A DNA stretch of 64,000 bases from Histomonas meleagridis 2922-C6/04-290x (lineage: Eukaryota; Protista; Parabasalia). Positions 34,290 through 44,045 of the stretch are shown piece by piece. The notes beneath the pieces were generated by a model that worked only from the letters and a program-made list of their open reading frames with translations, searched no databases and was not told the DNA's origin. The first letter of the stretch is position 1. The number at the start of each line of letters is the position of its first letter. The translations under genes were made by a program, and so were the position numbers. The stretch spans positions 62,001 to 126,000 of the forward strand of contig JAANOX010000093.1 of NCBI GenBank assembly GCA_020184695.1. The letters run 5' to 3'.

Positions 34290-34778
34290 ATGAAAATTTT
34301 GTTGGCATATCTTACTTTACCATTATTTTCATTATGTTTTGGTTTTATAAAAAAATTTGTTCGTTCATAAAATATTATCCAACGTTCTTAAAATCTTATT
34401 CAGTTACTTTCATTGAATCTGAAACTAAATATATTTATGTCGATTTTATATATTGTAATTATAATTAAGAATATTTTATTTATTATTCAATTTTTTTTTT
34501 TATATTTCTTATATAGAAAATGTAATAATAAATTTTGATGATAATAATACATTAATTATCATTATAATTGTAATTATAATAATCATAAATATTAATGATT
34601 AAATATCAAAATAATAAGCGAAAACAAAATGAAGAAGAAATGATTAATTCAGATGAAAATAATAATAACAATAAACAAAATATATAATACATTTTCAGTT
34701 GGTATTAATAAATCAAATATCGAAGAAAATCCATTTGCAGATGATTTCAAAGAAGAAAAATTTATAAATCAGATATAA
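34290..34778 (+). pseudogene. internally deleted surface-protein gene remnant (signal + stalk + TM + tail)
   Basis: MKILLAYLTLPLFSLCFG signal, then SVTFIESETKYIYVDFIYCNY, an Ile-rich TM remnant and IEENPFADDFKEEKFINQI*, with stops and frameshifts. Confidence 0.7.
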
Positions 34779-35016
34779 ATAAACATATTTTAAGAACAAA
34801 ATAATTTATTTATTTATTCTTATTTTATTAATTTAATACAAACCTTTTTGTTATTTGGCAAATATTATGTTCCTTCTATTATATATTATATGCTTGTTTC
34901 TATATGCTAAAAGATTTTCTCATCATATGCCACAAGTTTGTTCAAATAATACACCACTTTTTTGGAAATCATTGAAAAAGTCAGTCCAATTGAATCGATT
35001 CGTGGTCAAATCTCTA

Positions 35017-36012
35017 ATGACAATTCCTGCAAGTATTCCAATATCAAAACTCACAAAAGAAGAAATTGAAAGTTTAAAACCAGGACTAGTGGATGGACTC
35101 TCTTCCCTGGATATGGATGGTGTTGCAAAATATATTAAAAATAAAGCAAATAAAATCATCTTGATGATAGGCGCAGGCTTATCAACAGCAGCTGGAATCC
35201 CGGATTTCAGGACACCTGGTACAGGATTATATTATAACCTACAAAAATTTAATTTACCAACCCCTGAAAGTGTATTTTCAATTGATTATTTTGATCAACA
35301 TCCAGAAGCATTTTTCCAACTTGCAAAAGACACGCTCCCAGGAAGATACAAGCCAACAAAAGGTCATTATTTTTGTACTTTACTCCAAAGGAAAGGCATT
35401 TTAAAGAAAATTTACACACAAAATATCGATGGGCTTGAAGCATGTGCTGGTGTTTCACCAGAAAAAATTATCTATGCTCACGGTTCATATTACACATCGC
35501 ATTGCAGAAAATGTCACAAATTATTCAAGCTTGAAGATATCAGATCCAAGTATGACACAGGAGAAGTTATACACTGTGATGCTCCCAATTGTGATGGTGT
35601 TGTTAAGCCCGATGTTGTTTTCTTTGGAGAAAGTCTTCCTGACGAATTCTATGATAATTATCAAGAAGATTTTGACGAATGTGATCTCCTCATTGTAATA
35701 GGTACATCATTGGTTGTCTATCCATTTGCTGGCTTGATCCACGAGGTCAAAGACACTGTTCCACGAGTTTTGATAAATAACCAAAAAGTGGCAACTTGCG
35801 AAGAAAACGTAACGGTCACCAAAGATGAAAATGGAAAACTTACAGCAAAGGAATTAAGAACGAGACAAAAATTCTTTAAATTTGATCACATTTTAAATAG
35901 AAGAGATGTTTATTTGGGCGGGGATTGTCAAAAGGCAATTTCTGATCTGGTCGAAGCAATCGGCTGGTCAAATGAATTCGAAGCACTGGTGAATGAGAAA
36001 AATGAAAATTAA
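35017..36012 (+). CDS. Sir2-family NAD-dependent deacetylase (class I-like)
   Basis: GAGLSTAAGIPDFR, TQNIDGLE, AHGSY, KPDVVFFGE, IGTSLVVYP. Confidence 0.95.
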   Translation: MTIPASIPISKLTKEEIESLKPGLVDGLSSLDMDGVAKYIKNKANKIILMIGAGLSTAAGIPDFRTPGTGLYYNLQKFNLPTPESVFSIDYFDQHPEAFFQLAKDTLPGRYKPTKGHYFCTLLQRKGILKKIYTQNIDGLEACAGVSPEKIIYAHGSYYTSHCRKCHKLFKLEDIRSKYDTGEVIHCDAPNCDGVVKPDVVFFGESLPDEFYDNYQEDFDECDLLIVIGTSLVVYPFAGLIHEVKDTVPRVLINNQKVATCEENVTVTKDENGKLTAKELRTRQKFFKFDHILNRRDVYLGGDCQKAISDLVEAIGWSNEFEALVNEKNEN

Positions 36013-36197
36013 AATCTTTTTATCATTGTTTTAAGTCTTTTAATTTTCTTATAATATCAATCAATGTATTTTTATACACAAAAATACAACTTCAAACTCG
36101 AACTTTGTTTCCATTTTAGTGAACACATTTGTTTTTGAACATATAAATCAAAGTAAATTAACATAATTATATTTGATTTTGAAATTTATTAAACAAC

Positions 36198-36584
<387 letters not shown>

Positions 36585-36762
36585 TTATTCAATTAGAAAA
36601 TCCCGGTAATATTATTGAAATTTTAGTGGAAAATATTGTCATTTTAGACCCATAATTTTAAAGTATATATTAAAATGAAATTCCTTTCAAAATAAATAGG
36701 AGTGTAATGGCAAAAAATTGATTTCGGATTTTTCCCTCCATTTCCAGAAGTTCATTTTCCAA

Positions 36763-37179
36763 ATGGCTCGTACAAAACAAACAGCTCGTAAATCTACTGG
36801 TGGTAAGACTCCACGTAAATCACTCGGTGCTAAGGCAGCTCGTAAGTCAACACCAGTTGTTGATTCACAAGGTGCTAAGAAGCAACATCGTTTCAGACCA
36901 GGTACAGTTGCTCTTCGTGAAATTCGTAAATATCAAAAGAGCACAGACCTTTTAATCCGTAAGCTTCCATTCCAACGTCTTGTTCGTGAAATCGCATCAG
37001 GATTCCGTGGTGATCTTCGTTTCCAATCATCAGCAATTGCAGCTCTTCAAGAAGCATCAGAAGCTTATCTTGTAGGACTCTTTGAAGATACAAACCTTTG
37101 TGCAATTCATGCAAACCGTGTTACAATCATGGAACGTGATGTTCAACTTGCACAACGCATTCGTGGTGAACGCAACTAA
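36763..37179 (+). CDS. H3: histone H3 (divergent pair with H4)
   Basis: [15 protein letters not shown]…[20 protein letters not shown]…RIRGERN. Confidence 0.98.
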   Translation: MARTKQTARKSTGGKTPRKSLGAKAARKSTPVVDSQGAKKQHRFRPGTVALREIRKYQKSTDLLIRKLPFQRLVREIASGFRGDLRFQSSAIAALQEASEAYLVGLFEDTNLCAIHANRVTIMERDVQLAQRIRGERN

Positions 37180-38631
37180 ACTCGAACAAATCAATAAATA
37201 GTTATCTTTCTCGGACAAATTTTTCTTCACAACTTTCTCGAAATGTATCTACATATTATATAATATTAAGTTTTCGATTGTGAACTTTACTCATACGTAC
37301 GAGTATATATATATAATTTGATCGGCATGTAAATTGAGTATGTTTGTTTGGGAAATCAACGGTTTTTGATTTCAGGTACAAACTGTATAAATATTTTAAA
37401 TAATTATTGAATACAACAAGTTATATAAAAATATTATAATATTATTCATTAAATATTTATACAAATTTCATATAAAATTATCATTAAATTCTTCAAAACA
37501 ATTAAATTACTGCTTCACTTCGGGAATTACTTTACTTGGAAATTCGAAGTTAATCCGAATTAAGACCAAAAAGATATATAAATACACATTTGGGATCGAA
37601 GATAAAACAAAAACACAATCTAATTTATTTAAGACAATTTCAAGTGTGCCAAATATCAGTTTCGTTTTGGAGGGAATAGAGAATTCTCTGCATCTTTCAT
37701 TCTTCCTTCAGTTACAACTGAGTTACTTAATGCGTTAAATATTACAACAGCAGCTCAATCGCCGCCAACATTACGTTATCGATTATTATTAATGTTAACA
37801 GCATTACAGATATTAAATACAGAAAATTATGATGAAAGGTTAAATATTTCCTGACCAGAAGTTATTGAAACATTAACAGAACATGAATCTAAAACACATG
37901 AAGCTTAATGAATGTATTTTAATATTATTGCAAGTGATTTCATAAAATAAGGACAACTAACTCAACTTGGACCAATTGGTCTACTTTTGGAAACCTTAAT
38001 CTGGTGGCATAAAAGTATTCAGAATCCGATCCCATTATATCTTTTTTGGATGTGCATTTAATAGCATCCATTGATTACTAAAAAATTACCAAATAACATA
38101 TATGGTTGTGAGAAATGGTACCCTATCGTTATGTAACGGTTTAAACAAAATTTTTCATGAACTTTCATACAACGCACTTTGGTAACCCTGTGATATCTGT
38201 TAAGAACACACTTTGATTTTAACTTTTTGGAAGCGATAGAAATTTATCATCATCTAATAGACCATTTCTTATAATTATTTATGGAAAACTGCAAACAGGG
38301 AAAAGTTCTATTTTAAATCAATTAATCAATGGCCCTAGTCTAGGTTGTTATTGTAATAAGGGTGAACCGATTAAAATCGAACATACAACAAATTTTTATC
38401 GAAAACATTTAATAAATGGTAAAACACTTTGTGAATAAATAAATTTGATATTTTCATTATTTAAATCTTTTGTAAAACAAAAGATTTTCAGAGAATACGA
38501 GTGAAAATATGCTTGTGAATTGCAAACCATGTACAAATTGTCTACACCAATTAATAAGTAAACGGCTATGTGAACTTTTTCTGAAATAAATAAACCTTTT
38601 GATACAACAACTTGACAAACAAGAAAACAAA

Positions 38632-39261
38632 ATGAACTATTTATTGGTAATTTTTTTTACTCTTCTAATACTCGTGTTATTCCGCCTTTATAAGTGTCTT
38701 CCCGGCTTATGCCCTAAAAAGCGTTATGAAACAAAACCAATTGATGTTCTTGTTGTATTGGGTTCTGGTGGCCATACTGGCGAAATGATGCCTCTTGTTC
38801 ATTCTCTAGTACAGTCTCCTAACTATAAGAAATTTATTTTTGTCTTTTCTGATACTGATCAATTATCTAAAAAGCATCCACTTATTCCAAAAGACTCACA
38901 ATTTATCTCAATACCTAGAGCACGAAAAGTTGGACAATCATTTTTTACATCGTTTTTTACAACAATTTATAGTTTTATTGCAACATTGCCAGTAATGTTT
39001 ACAAAGCCACAATTACTCCTTGTCAATGGACCTGGCGTTTGTTATCCAGTTGTTCTAACAATTTTCTTAGGTAACATGCTTGGAATCACAAATTGTTCGA
39101 TTGTTTTTATCGAAAGTGTTTGCCGAGTGAAATCTCTTTCCCTTACTGGAAAACTAATATACCCATTATGTGACCTATTTTTTGTGTATTGGCCTGATTT
39201 ACTTAAATTTAAGAAAAGAGCTCAACTTCTTGATTTATATGGGTTAAACAAAAATAAATAA
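38632..39261 (+). CDS. ALG14: UDP-GlcNAc transferase subunit ALG14
   Basis: VVLGSGGHTGEM, IPRARKVGQS, LVNGPGVC, FIESVCRVKSLSLTG. Confidence 0.93.
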   Translation: MNYLLVIFFTLLILVLFRLYKCLPGLCPKKRYETKPIDVLVVLGSGGHTGEMMPLVHSLVQSPNYKKFIFVFSDTDQLSKKHPLIPKDSQFISIPRARKVGQSFFTSFFTTIYSFIATLPVMFTKPQLLLVNGPGVCYPVVLTIFLGNMLGITNCSIVFIESVCRVKSLSLTGKLIYPLCDLFFVYWPDLLKFKKRAQLLDLYGLNKNK

Positions 39262-39719
39262 ACTGTATTTAAGCTTTTGTCTGTTTAAAAAGAATGATGA
39301 AAGAATTGTGGGTATCCACAAAAACGTATATATTGGAGATATAGACACGTAGTGTACTTTCTTTTTGAATTTTTTTCGTAACATTTCTCCATAAAATATT
39401 TTATGGAAAAACTTCATACATCGAACAATATTCATGATTTTAAGCATGTCAAAAAATCATACCATATTTTGTTATATGGGAATGTGATGCAAATAATAAA
39501 TTATGAAATGAATTGTAATTGCTTCATTAAATTGATGTGCAAAATTATTTTAACTTAGCCTTATATTAAGTATGATTTACAAAGGGTAATTTCATTATCT
39601 GCATCACATTAAACAAATCAAATCCAAAGAATTCCATTTTTTCTTGTGTATGATGTAAGGCATTGAAAAATGGCAGTTTTACCGATGATGTAAACTATTG
39701 AATTGTGTTGTCAGCATTT

Positions 39720-41462
39720 ATGGTGGAAACCCTTCCCTCTTCGCAAGAGCCACCACAATTTATAGACTCAACAACCACGAACCAAAATGAACTAAGTCCA
39801 AATGAATTCTCTGATGGCGCATATAATTTCAAAGACTTTGAAGAAGATGAAGAAGAATCTGTTGATCAACAACGAACATTTATTCTCCCAAGTGAACTTA
39901 CGCCACAACCAATTATTCGGAAACATGAGCCAATTCTTATTAGTTATGATCTACTTAACGATAATTTTCCATTTGGCGATATTTCCTCTTTGTCTTCATT
40001 TGATCCTACACAATGGTATAATTTTATACCCGAAAGGTTTGGTTTAACATCAACATTAGCTTATACATATGATCCTTCTAATTCTAAAATTAATATTATG
40101 TTAAAACGTACAAATAATTTCTCAGTGCAAAATGTTCCATCATTTTCTTATGCTATACCAAATGATGAAGAATCAATTTTATTTTCTTGTAATGATGGTT
40201 TTAGAATTTTAGAAAACGATATGATCTTTAATATATCAAGTAAATTTAAGAATGCTAAGAAAATGATAGTTGATCCACTTGATGAAAAAAGATTCTTTTT
40301 TTTATCTTCAGAAGACAATAATCTTTATGTATTCCAAATGATTCAAAATAATTTCCATACGATTTTCGTGCAGGCGAACGTTTACGACTTTGATGTGTCA
40401 AAGAAATACTTGTTAACAGTCTCGTCCGGGAAAGTTTCATGTATTCAGCGCGGTGATACATCTATTTTGCCTTTATGGTTTTTAGATTATATTGAAGGCT
40501 CACGAGTGTATTTGAATGATAATTATTATTTCATTTTCTATCAAAATGAAGTTCGAATTTACAATATAACCGATACGAACCTTGTCCAACTAATACCAAA
40601 TGTATTAAAAGTAGCCAAAAGCGGTGAAAATATTATGTTTTTAATTGGAGATGGAAGATTACTTTATAATCATTTTCTTTTTGATTTTTCTGAACCAATT
40701 ATTTCTGTTGCTATTGATGATGGAGTTATTTCTGCTTGGTCTTCTATTGAAGAAGAGCCAACAATATTAAGGTTCGAAAATAAATCCAAACAAAATATTT
40801 CGAAATCAGATTTAATATCAATGAAAACTTTGATATATGAAACAACAGAAAGATTTTATCAAACAATAACCAAAATGATTTCTAAACAAGATGATAAGCA
40901 TGAAGAAATGATGAAAAATACAATTAGCATGTTAAACGATAGTTACAAAGAAGTTGAAGCATTGTCTATAGCAATGCAAACGCAATTAGATTTGCTGAAA
41001 CACGAATACATGAAGCAAAACGAAAAACTGCCATTGCAAGCTCAGATTGAAAGGTATATGAAAACTGGCGAAATTGAAAAGGCATTGGAAATTTCGTGTA
41101 AACTACCCAATAACCAGTTTTTGGAATTCTGTGCAAAAGATAACACACTCGAAACGGTCGTTCGACGGTTACCAGCGGCGGTTATATTAATGCTAATTAA
41201 AAAAATGGTGATAACAATCAAATGCGATAATGGGCCGTATAATATTGGCGTGTGGATTTCAAAGCTCGTTCTGGTTTTGTTAGGAAAGAAGGACGAAACA
41301 AAGAGTTTGAAATATGAATTAGAAGATACAATTTCAACTATCATAGCAAAGAATAGATTCATTTTAAACTCTGATGATAAACATCGAGTTGATCAATGGT
41401 TAGTGGAAGAGTTAATGAATATTGCAAATCTTTTGAAAAACATTGTTAATGACTCTCATTGA
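39720..41462 (+). CDS. hypothetical protein (beta-rich N-half, coiled coil, helical C-terminus; possibly EDC4/Ge-1-like)
   Basis: Long clean ORF; family assignment is from architecture and weak motif resemblance only. Confidence 0.55.
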   Translation: MVETLPSSQEPPQFIDSTTTNQNELSPNEFSDGAYNFKDFEEDEEESVDQQRTFILPSELTPQPIIRKHEPILISYDLLNDNFPFGDISSLSSFDPTQWYNFIPERFGLTSTLAYTYDPSNSKINIMLKRTNNFSVQNVPSFSYAIPNDEESILFSCNDGFRILENDMIFNISSKFKNAKKMIVDPLDEKRFFFLSSEDNNLYVFQMIQNNFHTIFVQANVYDFDVSKKYLLTVSSGKVSCIQRGDTSILPLWFLDYIEGSRVYLNDNYYFIFYQNEVRIYNITDTNLVQLIPNVLKVAKSGENIMFLIGDGRLLYNHFLFDFSEPIISVAIDDGVISAWSSIEEEPTILRFENKSKQNISKSDLISMKTLIYETTERFYQTITKMISKQDDKHEEMMKNTISMLNDSYKEVEALSIAMQTQLDLLKHEYMKQNEKLPLQAQIERYMKTGEIEKALEISCKLPNNQFLEFCAKDNTLETVVRRLPAAVILMLIKKMVITIKCDNGPYNIGVWISKLVLVLLGKKDETKSLKYELEDTISTIIAKNRFILNSDDKHRVDQWLVEELMNIANLLKNIVNDSH

Positions 41463-41768
41463 TTAAAGAATTTCAACAACTTTTCTTTTTTGTTTTAGAA
41501 TATAATAATAAAAAATATGACACAAAAAAAATAGATTTCAAATTAAAATAATTTTTCATAATAAATCTTTAGTCACGAAAAGAGTGATTTCATGAATTTG
41601 GATAAACTCAGTGTTTTTTTATTAAAAATGAATTCTGAGCATATGAGAAAACTTATGGAGTCACGATTTTCCCATAATGATGCATTCAATTTTTCAAGGC
41701 TAAGAAAAAATAGGTCTTTATTGAAAAGTTCCTTTTTATTTATTTGAATACTTTACTTCTTAAAATCG

Positions 41769-42740
41769 ATGAATGGAGCACAACCACAAACAGAATCATT
41801 TGAAACACTAAGTGACGCAATTTCATATGTTTTCAAGCAGGAACAAACATCCCTTCTCAGTCTCGACAGAATTTGCGAAGTTTTGTCAAGCCCTGATTTG
41901 TTTATCAAAAATAAAAAACGTGTTGTTTCCTGTGCATCTATACCACGTAGAAGAATTTCCAGTACCCTATCATCTTCAGATTTATTTGTCAGGGCTGGCC
42001 CTCCTCGAACTTGTTTATGGGCAATATGCCCACATAATCCACTATATGTGAGTGACGGAGCAATTGCCGCCTCTATTGAACAAATGCTTGCAAGTAATGG
42101 TCCAATGACTCTTGAAGAACTTGTAAACACAACAGAATTAACTAGTGCTGATGTGCAATTATTCGAGCGTTTTTTATCAACAAACGCAACAGAATTCACT
42201 CTTCTTGATAATGGAAAATATTGGTTTACAAACCAACCTGTTCCCACTCAGCACGACTTTGAAAGTATATCAAATGCGTTAGTTTTTGCATTTCATGCTT
42301 TTCCTCAGGGCGCTTCAGTCGAAGAACTTCACTGGTATTTATGCTTATCTACAGTGTCTCAGACAAAACCAATTACACGACGATGTGTTTCACGTGAATT
42401 ATCCAGAAGGCAAGATTTGTTTTTACATCTTTCTAGAGCCCGTTACACATTAATCGAGCACACAAAGAACCCTGTTGTCCAGGAAACGAAGGAAACACCA
42501 GCGCCCAATAACAGCTCTGCTCCGTTTAACTTTGTCATCCCACAAATTTTCCCACAAAATTTGAACGATAGTATCGTTCAGAAAGATTTTCAGACGCCGA
42601 TTAACGGTTTCGATCAACCGTTTAGTAATCCTTTCGACTTTCAAGAAAGTAAATTGCACCAGGAAGTACAGAATGATGATGAAGATTACTTTGACCCGGT
42701 TAACTTTTTTGGCAATGATTTCCAGTTTTCTTTTGATTGA
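41769..42740 (+). CDS. hypothetical protein, probable tandem winged-helix domains; paralog of 63137-63940
   Basis: Shared motifs SSDLFVRAG…W, IEQMLASNGPMTLEEL, AFxxFPxGASVEELxWxLCLS. Confidence 0.65.
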   Translation: MNGAQPQTESFETLSDAISYVFKQEQTSLLSLDRICEVLSSPDLFIKNKKRVVSCASIPRRRISSTLSSSDLFVRAGPPRTCLWAICPHNPLYVSDGAIAASIEQMLASNGPMTLEELVNTTELTSADVQLFERFLSTNATEFTLLDNGKYWFTNQPVPTQHDFESISNALVFAFHAFPQGASVEELHWYLCLSTVSQTKPITRRCVSRELSRRQDLFLHLSRARYTLIEHTKNPVVQETKETPAPNNSSAPFNFVIPQIFPQNLNDSIVQKDFQTPINGFDQPFSNPFDFQESKLHQEVQNDDEDYFDPVNFFGNDFQFSFD

Positions 42741-42959
42741 TTGTTATAAAATCTGTATTAACTTTATTTTTGCATGAATATTAATTCGCTATTTTCATAA
42801 AAAAATTTGGAAACATAATGTTCTAATCGACGATTGTATTTTAAACAAATCTTTCTCATTTACAAATGATACTTTTTTAATTGAAAAAAAGAACGTCATA
42901 AATGATTAAAAATTGGAATAAAAAGATGTAGGTTTTGTTTAGCAAAAGATTTAAATTTC

Positions 42960-43616
42960 TTACAATTCTTTGTTTGGTTCAAATTGCTTTCTGAAGAATT
43001 CTGCAGCTTCCCTAATGGTCAGCTTTCCTTTGTAGCATGTAATCTCTTCACCCTTTTTCACATATATTCCAGGGAAATTCTCAAGCTTGAGCTCATCAAA
43101 AAGTTTTTGATCATTTGAAACAAAAAATTTGACATCACTCATTCCTAACTTCTTTTCGATTCCTGCCCAAATTTTTGGGATCGTTGGCTTTTCAGTGAAC
43201 AAAATAGCTGCATTTTCAGAAATAGATTGCGTGTAATTATTACGATCAACAACAATAGCTGTATCTTGTAAGAAAGCGGACACCCAATTAACAAGTAGAC
43301 GTGCAAGTTGCATTTCACGATATTCATAAATTGTTCCATTGGTAAAGAATAAAAGTCTTGGTACACCTTCTGTGTGAAGTTCTTGGCATGCTGTTCTGTT
43401 CAAAGAGCAATCAAGTTCTGCCCAGTTAGTTATTCCATCACCAAGTTCAGATGCTTGATTCCAAGTTGGTAATAATCGAACACAATGTTGGCATGATTCG
43501 CTATGCAACATTACAAAATAGCTTTTATTATCATTTGGTGGAAGACCTTCTAAGTGGACGATATTGGGTCCAAAATTAAAATGAGAAGTAATAAAAACCA
43601 AGAAACAAAAGAACAT
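42960..43616 (-). CDS. thioredoxin/PDI-like secretory protein
   Basis: Signal peptide, CQHC CxxC motif, second thioredoxin-like fold, C-terminal NKEL. Confidence 0.8.
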   Translation of the reverse strand: MFFCFLVFITSHFNFGPNIVHLEGLPPNDNKSYFVMLHSESCQHCVRLLPTWNQASELGDGITNWAELDCSLNRTACQELHTEGVPRLLFFTNGTIYEYREMQLARLLVNWVSAFLQDTAIVVDRNNYTQSISENAAILFTEKPTIPKIWAGIEKKLGMSDVKFFVSNDQKLFDELKLENFPGIYVKKGEEITCYKGKLTIREAAEFFRKQFEPNKEL

Positions 43617-44045
43617 TTGGTTGGATTTTCTGAATAACCGTCAACCGAAATTTAATTTCATCCTCGCTTTTATCTAAAACATTTTTGAATACTTTATTTG
43701 GAGTACCCCGTTAGAAAGCGGTTATCAATATTTTAACCTTATCTTTAACTATTAAAATGTAATATTATATTCAAGTTTTCTTTTTGAAAAATTCTCGTGT
43801 TTTTGAAAGTAATCCTGACGATTTCGAGATATTTCCATTTTAACATTTTGAATTCATTTAGCAGCTTTATTGAATAGATTTTACGGTTAGAATTTGAAAC
43901 GGAAAAAGTGACATTGAACATAAGGTAGTTATCATTTATCAAAACGAGATATTGTTGTTGTTGTACTTTAATAAAATTTAGCTTATATCAAAATGCTCAT
44001 TTCACATGAACATTTTTTGCCAATCAAAAAAAAAAGATGGAATTT

